Shown here piece by piece: positions 25,986 to 35,067 of a stretch of DNA of 64,000 bases; within the stretch, counting starts at the first letter, position 1, and every line of letters starts with the position of its first letter. The notes under the pieces are model-generated. The model had not been told where the DNA came from, ran no database searches, and was given only the letters and a program-made list of their open reading frames with translations. A program made the position numbers and the translations under genes. This DNA comes from an uncultured Bacilli bacterium (GTDB lineage: Bacteria; Bacillota_I; Bacilli_A; RF39; UBA660), in contig CAKPGT010000004.1 in NCBI GenBank assembly GCA_934155185.1, positions 31,910 through 95,909 on the forward strand, given 5' to 3'.

Positions 25986-27965
25986 ATGAAACAAAACAGT
26001 CAAAATATGAAAAAGGGTGCTTTTCCATATGCACTATTATTTTTAATAGCTATTTCGATAATGTTTTTCTATAGTATGACTAATACTTCAAATAAAGAGT
26101 TAAGTTATAATGAATTTAATAAGGCTCTTTCAAATAATAATGTTAAAGAAGTTGTTATAACACCTAGTAGATCAGCATACACCTATCAGATTACTGGTAA
26201 GTTAAAAGATGCTAAAGAAGGTGAAACATTTAATGTTAGAACACCACTTTCAGATACTGTTATAAATGAAATAGTAGAATCTAGTAAGGTTAAAGATTTT
26301 AAAATAATATCAAAATCGGATCCGTCTGCTAGTACTTGGTATTTATTCTTAATGAATGTTGCTCCATACTTGGTTGTAATTGGTATCGCATTTTGGTTCT
26401 TTACTAAACAACTTAATGGTCAAAAGGGTTCTATGGATTTTGGAAGAAGTAAGGCAAAATTAAACCCAGATAATGGAAGAGTAACATTTAAAGATGTTGC
26501 GGGACTTCCTGAAGAAAAAGAGGAATTACAAGAGTTAATAGATTTTCTAAAGTATCCTAAGAAATTTCAAAAGCTAGGGGCTAGAATACCTAAAGGAGTA
26601 CTATTAGTAGGTCCTCCAGGAACTGGTAAAACTTTGCTTGCAAAAGCAGTCGCTGGAGAAGCTAAAGCACCATTTTACTTTATATCAGGTTCTGACTTTG
26701 TAGAATTATATGTTGGTGTTGGAGCTAGCCGTGTAAGAGATATGTTTAAACAAGCAAAACAAAATGCACCTTGTTTAATATTTATAGATGAAATAGATGC
26801 AGTAGGTCGTCAACGTGGTACAGGTATTGGTGGAGGACATGATGAAAGAGAGCAAACACTTAACCAATTATTAACGGAAATGGACGGATTTGGAGCAAAT
26901 GAAGGTATAATTATTATTGCAGCGACAAATAGACCAGATGTACTTGATCCAGCCCTTTTAAGACCAGGAAGATTTGATAGACAAGTTACTGTTGCACTTC
27001 CTGAAATGAAAGCAAGGGAAGAAATACTTAAAGTTCATGCAAGAAATAAAATATTATCAAAAGGTGTTCATTTAGATAGCATTGCTAAAAGAACTGTTGG
27101 TTTTTCAGGAGCAGACTTAGAAAACCTTCTTAATGAATCAGCTTTACTTGCTGTTAGAAGAGAAAAAAGCGCTATTACTATGTTAGAAATTGATGAAGCA
27201 ATAGATAGAGTTATAATGGGACCTGCTAAGGTAACAAAAAAGTATACTGCTAAGGAAAAGAAACTAGTAGCATACCACGAAGCCGGTCATGCAGTGCTTG
27301 GAATTAAGCTTGATGATGCAAATGATGTTCAAAAAGTAACTATCATTCCACGTGGACAAGCTGGTGGATATAACTTAATGCTTCCGAAAGAAGAAAAATA
27401 TACTGCAACAAAAACTGAACTATTAGAACAGATTATGGGACTTTTAGGAGGACGTGTTGCAGAAGAGGTTGTATTTGGTGAGATAACAACTGGAGCTCAT
27501 AATGATTTTTCTAAGGCAACTAAGATAGCACGTAGTATGGTAACTGAATATGGAATGTCTAGCTTGGGACCAGTTCAATTAGAAACCCCTGAAGGCAGTT
27601 CATTCTTAGGAAGAGATTATAATAAAAATAGGAATTTCTCTGATCAAGTTGCACTTGAAATAGATAATGAAGTAAGAAAAATAATCAATGAATGTTATGC
27701 TAAGGCTAAAAAGATTATTGAAAAGAATAGAGATTTACTTGATTTAATAGCAACAAGCCTAATTGAGCATGAAACATTAACTAAAGAGCAAATCGACTAT
27801 TTAGCAGAAAACGGCAAGATGCCTGAAGAAGATATGCTAGATGATGTTAACATATCAAAACTTAAGGAAATGGCTAAAGAAAAAGGAATAAAAGGCTATT
27901 CTTCAATGAGTAAGGAAGAACTAAAGAAAAATTTAGCAGGCGAGCTAAAAGAAGAAAATAAATAG
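25986..27965 (+). CDS. ftsH: ATP-dependent zinc metalloprotease FtsH
   Basis: Walker [12 protein letters not shown] region, and the HEAGH zinc motif. Confidence 0.97.
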   Translation: MKQNSQNMKKGAFPYALLFLIAISIMFFYSMTNTSNKELSYNEFNKALSNNNVKEVVITPSRSAYTYQITGKLKDAKEGETFNVRTPLSDTVINEIVESSKVKDFKIISKSDPSASTWYLFLMNVAPYLVVIGIAFWFFTKQLNGQKGSMDFGRSKAKLNPDNGRVTFKDVAGLPEEKEELQELIDFLKYPKKFQKLGARIPKGVLLVGPPGTGKTLLAKAVAGEAKAPFYFISGSDFVELYVGVGASRVRDMFKQAKQNAPCLIFIDEIDAVGRQRGTGIGGGHDEREQTLNQLLTEMDGFGANEGIIIIAATNRPDVLDPALLRPGRFDRQVTVALPEMKAREEILKVHARNKILSKGVHLDSIAKRTVGFSGADLENLLNESALLAVRREKSAITMLEIDEAIDRVIMGPAKVTKKYTAKEKKLVAYHEAGHAVLGIKLDDANDVQKVTIIPRGQAGGYNLMLPKEEKYTATKTELLEQIMGLLGGRVAEEVVFGEITTGAHNDFSKATKIARSMVTEYGMSSLGPVQLETPEGSSFLGRDYNKNRNFSDQVALEIDNEVRKIINECYAKAKKIIEKNRDLLDLIATSLIEHETLTKEQIDYLAENGKMPEEDMLDDVNISKLKEMAKEKGIKGYSSMSKEELKKNLAGELKEENK

Positions 27966-27980
27966 CTTTAAATATAGAAT

Positions 27981-28013
27981 ATCAGAGATTGTGGGAACTT
28001 TCTCTGATTTTTA
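27981..28013 (+). terminator. terminator after ftsH
   Basis: ATCAGAGA (27981-27988) pairs with TCTCTGAT (28001-28008), followed by TTTTT. Confidence 0.7.
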
Positions 28014-28021
28014 TTTTAGCT

Positions 28022-28050
28022 TTGACTGACTCTTACAATTGTGATATTAT
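28022..28050 (+). promoter_or_regulatory. near-consensus extended -10 promoter of the four-gene unknown operon
   Basis: TTGACT (28022-28027), 17-nt spacer, TATTAT (28045-28050), with TG at 28042-28043. Confidence 0.6.
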
Positions 28051-28092
28051 TATATTGGGATACTAGGAAGATATCAGAAGGGAGTTTGCGTA

Positions 28093-28674
28093 ATGAATAA
28101 AGAAGAGCTAGTTAATAAGATAATGGATAATTTTTATGAGGGAATGCCTGAGGATGAAAGACATTTATTAATTAGAGTACTGAATGCTGTAAAAAATAGC
28201 AAAGATGTATCGAAAGAACCATCTAAAGATTTATTTGAAATACAAAAAACTTGGGATAAAGTATCAAGTAAATTGTATAACAATAGTATTAGAAATTCAG
28301 ACGTAATATTTAAAAGTAATACAAATGATTTTAAATTTGAAGACTATGCATCTAACCATGGAAAACTAGATGAAACTACTTCTGATGAGTTTAGAAAAAA
28401 CGATATCAGTTATCTTAAGACCAAGGTTGAAATTTCAGACAAAAATATATATAAGCTTGAGACTAGATTGCTTGAAGATTATATAATGGCAGATGATTGT
28501 TTGAAAAACTATGAAAGTGATAAAGCCAAGAAGAAAATACTTATTTTACTAACAGAAATGGAAATATTACTTAAAATGCAAATAACTTTTCCTTCACAGC
28601 TTCCATCTTGTATCGATAGTTTAACAAGTAAAGAATCAGTTAAAAAGAGAGGGGAAATTAAACATGGTAAGTAA
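28093..28674 (+). CDS. hypothetical protein 1 of the unknown operon (193 aa, soluble, helical)
   Basis: GAAGGGAG SD. I recognise no motif. The end overlaps the next ORF by 11 nt. Confidence 0.65.
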   Translation: MNKEELVNKIMDNFYEGMPEDERHLLIRVLNAVKNSKDVSKEPSKDLFEIQKTWDKVSSKLYNNSIRNSDVIFKSNTNDFKFEDYASNHGKLDETTSDEFRKNDISYLKTKVEISDKNIYKLETRLLEDYIMADDCLKNYESDKAKKKILILLTEMEILLKMQITFPSQLPSCIDSLTSKESVKKRGEIKHGK

Positions 28675-30535
28675 TGTTATAAATAAAGTTAATGATAGCA
28701 TATTAAAATCATCTGATTCTTTAAATTTAAACATAGACGAAATAAATGAATATATAGATTACCTAAAAAGAGTTAGCTCTGCCATAAAAGAATTTTTAAA
28801 TGAATATGAAAGGACGGGGAACCCTGATTTTAGTATCCTTGTTGGTTTTGAAAATTTTCTTATTGAAAACCACGTATATAAAAGTGGAGTAGATTATAAT
28901 GAACTTGTATCAATTAAACTTGAGCTTAATAAGAGCTTTCCAGGTAGAATATTTGATATAGATAAAGAATTAGATGACCTACTTAGAAAAATGCCATCTG
29001 CATTAAGAACGTCAATTAATGAATATAGAAGATATGTAACTGAAAAAAGAATAGCTATGGATAGAATTGATGAACTTAATAAAATAAAACGGTTTATTAA
29101 AAAGATAGAGGATGGATACGATATATTAGGTTCTGATGAAATAAGTTTAATAGAGCGTTTAGATATTAATGAGGAAGAACGTTTAGAATTATATTCATAT
29201 GTAGTTACTAATAATTCTAAATTAATGCTTGAAATACTTAATAGAAGAAAAGAGGCAGATAAAAAAGCAGCCAAGGAGGTAGAACGAAGAAAACTTGAAG
29301 AAGCCCGCAAAAGAAATGCTGATGATAAGCAGGCTGAGCAAAGAAACAGCGTTGAACCTAAACCTGTTATGTCTGAACACTCTTTAAGTGAACAAGAAAA
29401 GAGTTTACTTAATTATGCAAGACATATAATAAAAGAAAATGACATCACAGACAAAAGCTTTTTAGCTTTAGTTGAAGGGTGCACACCACTAGAAATATAC
29501 GAGTTTTTATATGACTATGGAGATGCTACAAATAATATAGCCTTGGTATTAAATGATGTAATCATCCCAAAGATTAATGATAGGTCGCTAAATAATATAG
29601 AAGAAGTATTACATAAATATATATCTACTTATAGTGAAATAAAAAGAAATAATAGTATACCATGCAAGTTAAAAAATGCAAATATGCAAGATGTACTAGA
29701 AGTAATGCAAAAGGCTGAAAATCTTATTGAATATTATAATGAGAATGAAGAGGAATTAAGTAAAACAATGATTGGATATTTTAACTCATTAAAGAATCTT
29801 CATCATGATGTTGAATTTTCAATTTTAGACGATGAGGTATTTGCAACATCTTTATTCCTTGATACATTTGCTGATTTAAAGAAGGCTGTAGATTATATAG
29901 AAAAGTTAATGAATAGTAATAAAAAGACTAATGATGATGACAAATTAGAAGAAGATGTTTATACGGCAGAAGATTTTTATAAAGGTTCAAATAGCATAAT
30001 CTTTTTCCCACCAGGAGTTAATCTTTCTGAGCAGATTGATGAAGATGGGTCTTTAGAATCAGTTGATAAAAAAAGGGTGTTATTAAGTTTAAAGAAGTTT
30101 TGTAATAAAGAAAAAGCATATTTAGGCACTATGCATTCACATCACGTGTCTGACCATGATAATATTGATTTATTTAGAAAATTAAAAAGCTTTAGAACTG
30201 AAGAATACAGAATATTTTATAGAGTTCTTTCAGCACCTATTTTAGAAAAAATATATGGTAAAAAGCTTGATATACTGTTTGTATTTAAAGTGGGTTACGG
30301 GGAAATGAATAAGAAAAAAAAGGATAGGTTAAATAATGCAGCTAAAACAATATATTTAGCTTCAAGTGATTATATTTCACAAATTGACACTATTTTAAAG
30401 TCAAATGATATTGAAAAAATAAAAGCCTTAGTTAATGAACAATTTGATAAAATGAATGATTATATTAAAGAAAGTAGTATTAGGCAGGATGTGCCTTCTA
30501 GTATAGGCTCTAAGGGAGGTTCTGAAGATGAATAG
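28664..30535 (+). CDS. hypothetical protein 2 (623 aa): helical/coiled-coil N-terminal part, RelE/ParE-like C-terminal domain
   Basis: GAGAGGGG SD. Charged coiled coil RRKEADKKAAKEVERRKLEEARKRNADDKQAEQ. The C-terminal LFRKLKSFRTEEYRIFYRVLS...LDILFVFKVGYGEMNKKKKD aligns by eye with E. coli RelE ...IKLRSSGYRLVYQVIDEKVVVFVISVGKRERSEVY. Confidence 0.65.
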   Translation: MVSNVINKVNDSILKSSDSLNLNIDEINEYIDYLKRVSSAIKEFLNEYERTGNPDFSILVGFENFLIENHVYKSGVDYNELVSIKLELNKSFPGRIFDIDKELDDLLRKMPSALRTSINEYRRYVTEKRIAMDRIDELNKIKRFIKKIEDGYDILGSDEISLIERLDINEEERLELYSYVVTNNSKLMLEILNRRKEADKKAAKEVERRKLEEARKRNADDKQAEQRNSVEPKPVMSEHSLSEQEKSLLNYARHIIKENDITDKSFLALVEGCTPLEIYEFLYDYGDATNNIALVLNDVIIPKINDRSLNNIEEVLHKYISTYSEIKRNNSIPCKLKNANMQDVLEVMQKAENLIEYYNENEEELSKTMIGYFNSLKNLHHDVEFSILDDEVFATSLFLDTFADLKKAVDYIEKLMNSNKKTNDDDKLEEDVYTAEDFYKGSNSIIFFPPGVNLSEQIDEDGSLESVDKKRVLLSLKKFCNKEKAYLGTMHSHHVSDHDNIDLFRKLKSFRTEEYRIFYRVLSAPILEKIYGKKLDILFVFKVGYGEMNKKKKDRLNNAAKTIYLASSDYISQIDTILKSNDIEKIKALVNEQFDKMNDYIKESSIRQDVPSSIGSKGGSEDE

Positions 30536-32306
30536 TATTGACAAACTATGTGAAATGCTTGAAAGTAAAAATCAGGAAAGCAGTGAAATAATAGGCGAGT
30601 TAGAAAGTCTGCAAGTAATTCTAGAAAACCCATTAAATTACACCAGTGATTCTATTTCTAAATTAAAAGATATTTTATCTTCAGAAAACAGATTAGATGA
30701 AAAAGAGTTAGAATTTCTATTTAAGTTTACAAGTCTTAGTGAAATAACAAAGAAATATTTCTTAAGTAAAGGACTTAAAGATTCTGAAAGAAGTATTCTT
30801 GACAGTATTGATAAAAGAATTAAAAATAGTATATCATGCTATAAATCTAATAATATTAGTATAATTAATATAAAAGAGTTATTACTTAAATTAAAAAAAC
30901 GTAGTAATGAATTTATAACTCAAGAAGAAATAAACTATATATTAAAAATTATTAAAGATGAATTAAAAACTCCTGAAAAAATAGAAATACTTATAGAAAT
31001 AGATAAATATAACCAAGTTTTATTTAAAAATTATGGCTTAACTTCTAATTTGCCACTTGGTATAGATGAAGCAGAATTAATAGAAACTAATATAGAGATA
31101 GATAAAATTAAAGAGTTATTAAATGAATTTGGCATTGATATATCAAAGTTTAAAGATATTGAATTAAATAAGTTATCAAAATATGGCAACTTGGAAAAAA
31201 TGAGAGATATTTTAGAACTACTAAGAACAGAAAAAATTATTGGTGATAATATAAAACTTTCATCAGAAATTCTCTCTAAGACTTTAATATATTCATCAGC
31301 TCTTAACATATTATCTGTAAAGGAAAAGAATGACGTAGATTTTAGGGAGTTAGTTAGAAAAATACCAACTGTTTTGTTTCCAACTGTAAAAGAAAGTGGC
31401 AAGAAAAAAGGTGGCACTGGAGAATGGACAATTGGTAGTAGTGGTGCTATGAATAACTATATTAAGAATAGTGAATTATTAGAATCTTTAGATATACCTT
31501 TTGAAGCGGTATGGAGACAATGCTTTTCATTCTTTTCTGCCAGCAATAAAACAATAGTAGGTAATATTAGTGATTTAGAGTTGTATGGAATTCCTTTAGT
31601 TAGAAATGATAATGGTATTAACAACGTGTTTAGTTCGTTAAAATACTTAAATGTTATTGATGCATATGATGTTGCCTTGGAAAATAATGCTAAAGAGTAT
31701 GCTCTTAATAATTTATCTGCCATATCTCCACATCTGTCATATAAATTTAGTATGATTAAACTAGCAAATAAGATGGGACTTAGTGAAGAACAAATTTTTG
31801 GTTACTATACCACTCCAATAAGAAAACCATTTTTAAAGGAGAAAACTCTAAAAAATCATTTTATTCCTATTAATTTAGAAGAAATATATAAAGAATATGA
31901 TGCAGTTAGTATAAATATTCCTAATAAGAGTATATATGACAATATATTTGATATAACCGATAATTGGCAAATACCAGCTTCTATATTTGATGATTCTAAC
32001 ATAAGAGCACTTGAGAAATTTTCTGAATCTGATGATTTGTATAACTTCAATGGTACAAAAATTTCTAAAAAGAAAGTATTAAGAAGGTATGCAGCACTAA
32101 AATTAAATGGTAAAGATAATGACATGTCATCTATTATGTACTGTATAATATATGGAAGTATGCTAGATGAAAAAGATTTTGAAAATATTTATAGTTTAGT
32201 AAAGGAAAGTGTTTTATTTAAACCAGATCCTGATATATATGTTTCACACAAGTATGTAGACGATGCGCTTGAAAAGAAAGCAAGTCTAAGGTTGGAGGGA
32301 AACTAA
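30528..32306 (+). CDS. hypothetical protein 3 (592 aa) with mTERF-like helical repeats
   Basis: AAGGGAGG SD. 8-nt overlap with protein 2. Repeated units of about 30 aa such as IDKIKELLNEFGIDISKF, MRDILELLRTEKIIGDNI, NISDLELYGIPLV and MIKLANKMGLSEEQIF. Confidence 0.65.
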   Translation: MNSIDKLCEMLESKNQESSEIIGELESLQVILENPLNYTSDSISKLKDILSSENRLDEKELEFLFKFTSLSEITKKYFLSKGLKDSERSILDSIDKRIKNSISCYKSNNISIINIKELLLKLKKRSNEFITQEEINYILKIIKDELKTPEKIEILIEIDKYNQVLFKNYGLTSNLPLGIDEAELIETNIEIDKIKELLNEFGIDISKFKDIELNKLSKYGNLEKMRDILELLRTEKIIGDNIKLSSEILSKTLIYSSALNILSVKEKNDVDFRELVRKIPTVLFPTVKESGKKKGGTGEWTIGSSGAMNNYIKNSELLESLDIPFEAVWRQCFSFFSASNKTIVGNISDLELYGIPLVRNDNGINNVFSSLKYLNVIDAYDVALENNAKEYALNNLSAISPHLSYKFSMIKLANKMGLSEEQIFGYYTTPIRKPFLKEKTLKNHFIPINLEEIYKEYDAVSINIPNKSIYDNIFDITDNWQIPASIFDDSNIRALEKFSESDDLYNFNGTKISKKKVLRRYAALKLNGKDNDMSSIMYCIIYGSMLDEKDFENIYSLVKESVLFKPDPDIYVSHKYVDDALEKKASLRLEGN

Positions 32307-32600
32307 ATGATTGAAAATATTAATAAAATAAATGTAAGTAAAAATTGTATAGAAAAGCTTAAAGACACTTTAAGCTATGATGAACTTATTTCTATAGATA
32401 GCAATTATGAGATTATTAATAATAATATTAAACTATTACAGTCATATGGTATAGAAAATATGGACGAGTTATTTCTTAACAAATATTATATTTTTATTGA
32501 AGAAACGGAGACTTTAGTAAAAAGGTTTTCTAAATATAACATACCTGTTTATGTTCAAATAATTAATAATGATTTTAGTGCAATTGATGAAATAATGTAA
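32307..32600 (+). CDS. hypothetical protein 4 (97 aa), with the same repeat flavour as protein 3
   Basis: GGAGGGA SD. The ATG directly abuts the TAA of protein 3. NNNIKLLQSYGIENMDELFLNKYYIFIEETETLVKRF. Confidence 0.6.
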   Translation: MIENINKINVSKNCIEKLKDTLSYDELISIDSNYEIINNNIKLLQSYGIENMDELFLNKYYIFIEETETLVKRFSKYNIPVYVQIINNDFSAIDEIM

Positions 32601-32628
32601 AAAACGACTACTTTTTAGTCGCTTTTTT
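32601..32628. terminator. bidirectional terminator between the unknown operon and the convergent PBP gene
   Basis: CGACTA (32605-32610) pairs with TAGTCG (32616-32621), flanked by an A-run and a T-run. It overlaps the last codons of the PBP gene. Confidence 0.6.
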
Positions 32629-34575
32629 AATGTTAACAATAGACTTACTTTTACTGTATCCAGGTTCTGTTCCCTTAATATAATACAGTACTTTTTTTAA
32701 TTTAGAATCATTAGTTGCAACAAAACCAGTATTTACGTCAGTTAAAACACCAACCACGTTGCTTGGTTTATCATACCATTTTTCTTCTTTTTCTCTTAGA
32801 TAGCCTTCTATTGCATCAGCCCAGATATTTTTAGAATACTTAAGCTCTTTATTGGATAGTTTTCTATTATCATCATACCCGGTCCATACGCCTACTACAA
32901 TGTCCGGTGTATATCCAACAGTCCATAAGTCATAATCAGTCGTACCAGACTTTACAGCGTATTTTTTAGTAAGTTTAGTGGATATTGATGCACATGTTGG
33001 AGCGGTATAACTTTTTAGGGAAACATCATATGTGTTTGCTAATAATTCATTTAATATATATGTATAAGACTCATTTAAAATCTTATCTTTCTTTTCTTTA
33101 TATTTGTATAAAACAGTTCCTGATGCATCTTCAACCCTTCTTATTAAATGATTTTTAACACTATACCCGCTGTTAGCTAAACTAGCATAAGCAGATACAA
33201 ATTCCTTTATTGTAAGCTCATTTGTTCCTAAGGGAAGGGATGCATTAGCTTCTAATTTACTTTTAATACCCATCTTTCTTGCATACTTAACAAGTGAGTC
33301 TTCTCCTAAAAATAGATGTGTTTTAATAGCATATATATTATCAGAATATGCTATAGCAAGTGCCATTGTAATTTTATCATTTGGATATATGTCACCATAA
33401 TTACTAGGTGAGTAAGTAAGACCGTTATCTAAAGAAAAAGTAGTTGGCTTACTTAAAAACGTGGTTGATGCTGTAAGACCATTTTCTAAAGCTGAATAAT
33501 AAAGTATAGGTTTCATTGTAGAACCTACTTGTCTTTTTGATTGAACAGCTCTATTAAACTGAGATTTAGAGTAGTCTTTTCCGCCAGCAAGTGCAATAAT
33601 CTCTCCATTATTAGGGTTCATTACAACTACTGATGTTTGCATTTCATCTTTGCCTTCTAAGTTAGTTTTAATACTGCCTTCTAGTGCACTTTGCGCCTCT
33701 ATATCAAGTGATGTATATATTTTAAGTCCACCTTGTCTTATAGTTTTATCACTTACTATTTTAAGGTCTTGTAATTCTCTTATTACAGCATCCTGATAAT
33801 ACATGATGGTAGACAGATTTAGGTTTTCTTTCTTGCCATAATATGTAAGTTTGGTATTTAATGCTTCATTTTTCTGCTTTTCTGTAATTACATTATTTTT
33901 AATCATCGCATTTAATATTACTTTTTGCCTTTTTAAAGCGACTTTTTCGTCATTTAAAGGTGAGTAGTTATTTGGTGACTTAGGTATTCCAGCTAGCATG
34001 GAGCTTTCAGCTAAGTTTAAATCTTTAGCAGATTTATTAAAATAATATAGTGAGGCATTTTCTATTCCTAATATTCCATTACCATAATTTATTGTATTTA
34101 AATATCCTTCTAATATTTGGTCTTTTGAATACTCATTTTCTAATTTAAAAGCATACCATGCTTCTTTTATTTTTCTTTCCCAGGTTTTATCAAATGTTAA
34201 AAATAAATTTCTAGCATATTGCTGTGTTATTGTTGATGCGCCTTCCTTTAAATCTTTGGTTCTTATATTTGTAATACTTGATTTTATTATTCTTGGTATA
34301 TCAAACCCATTGTGTTTGTAAAAATTTTTATCTTCTGAATATATAGTTGCATTTATTAACTCTTTTGATATATCTTTTAATTTAACCCATTTTCTAGTGC
34401 CATTATTACCCTCATAAAAGCTTTTATTATCCTTATCATACATATATATACTATTTGTACTTTTAATGTCTATTTTGCTGCTTAATTTAGCTATTACAAA
34501 TAATACACTATATGAGACGCAAAATATAAGTAATAAAGCGATTATTAATTTGCATATGTAATTTAATTTTTTCAA
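32608..34575 (-). CDS. class A penicillin-binding protein (glycosyltransferase plus transpeptidase)
   Basis: GT51 motifs EDKNFYKHNGFD, GASTITQQYARN and RKIKEAWYAFKLE. Transpeptidase motifs STMKP (SxxK) and KSGTT. N-terminal TM anchor. Confidence 0.92.
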   Translation of the reverse strand: MKKLNYICKLIIALLLIFCVSYSVLFVIAKLSSKIDIKSTNSIYMYDKDNKSFYEGNNGTRKWVKLKDISKELINATIYSEDKNFYKHNGFDIPRIIKSSITNIRTKDLKEGASTITQQYARNLFLTFDKTWERKIKEAWYAFKLENEYSKDQILEGYLNTINYGNGILGIENASLYYFNKSAKDLNLAESSMLAGIPKSPNNYSPLNDEKVALKRQKVILNAMIKNNVITEKQKNEALNTKLTYYGKKENLNLSTIMYYQDAVIRELQDLKIVSDKTIRQGGLKIYTSLDIEAQSALEGSIKTNLEGKDEMQTSVVVMNPNNGEIIALAGGKDYSKSQFNRAVQSKRQVGSTMKPILYYSALENGLTASTTFLSKPTTFSLDNGLTYSPSNYGDIYPNDKITMALAIAYSDNIYAIKTHLFLGEDSLVKYARKMGIKSKLEANASLPLGTNELTIKEFVSAYASLANSGYSVKNHLIRRVEDASGTVLYKYKEKKDKILNESYTYILNELLANTYDVSLKSYTAPTCASISTKLTKKYAVKSGTTDYDLWTVGYTPDIVVGVWTGYDDNRKLSNKELKYSKNIWADAIEGYLREKEEKWYDKPSNVVGVLTDVNTGFVATNDSKLKKVLYYIKGTEPGYSKSKSIVNIKKATKK

Positions 34576-34636
34576 ATAAAATCGCCTTCTTTCTAATTTT
34601 AGTATTGCTAAAATTGCATAAAATATTAGTATTTTG

Positions 34637-34665
34637 TTGACCTTTTTTATTATCTATGCTATATT
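34637..34665 (+). promoter_or_regulatory. promoter for the DUF1934-argS unit
   Basis: TTGACC (34637-34642), 17-nt spacer, TATATT (34660-34665). Confidence 0.55.
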
Positions 34666-34695
34666 GACACTAGAAAAATTTTAAAGGTGTTTTTT

Positions 34696-35067
34696 ATGTC
34701 TAAGATTATAGTTGAACATAGTGTTAAATCATCTTTATATGATGAAGTAGCACAAAAGAAAAAAGGTATATTAAAAGATAACTGTATCACATATAACGTT
34801 GATGGAATAATAAGAATAAATGTTAATGATAATATAGTATTATTTGAAAAAGAAAATGATAGTATAAAAATAAATTTGAAATTTGAAAAGAATAAGTCTA
34901 TAATAACTAAGTATTTTATTAAAGATTTAAATACCGAAATTAAGCTTGAGACTAGAACTAAGGAGCTTATCATAAATGAAAATAGTATATTTGTTAAGTA
35001 TGATTTATATATGAATGGTGAGTTTAGTGATACTTTCGAGTATAAAATAGAATGGAGAGATTTATAG
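34696..35067 (+). CDS. DUF1934 (YwiB-like) protein
   Basis: Small beta-rich protein immediately upstream of argS, the characteristic neighbourhood of DUF1934. ATG 6 nt after AAAGGTG. Confidence 0.6.
   Translation: MSKIIVEHSVKSSLYDEVAQKKKGILKDNCITYNVDGIIRINVNDNIVLFEKENDSIKINLKFEKNKSIITKYFIKDLNTEIKLETRTKELIINENSIFVKYDLYMNGEFSDTFEYKIEWRDL

Noticed and set aside
28894-32125. Several minus-strand ORFs (28894-29310, 31031-31417, 31457-31723, 31856-32125) inside the four-gene operon
   Set aside because: They are Ser/Leu/Ile-rich antisense ORFs typical of AT-rich DNA with few stop codons on the opposite strand. The plus-strand ORFs have strong SDs and coupled junctions, and these do not.
34576-34695. 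T-box leader upstream of argS
   Set aside because: Only about 120 nt separate the divergent PBP gene from the DUF1934 ORF, and a promoter occupies them. There is no specifier-loop or T-box sequence (AGGGUGGUACCGCG-like).
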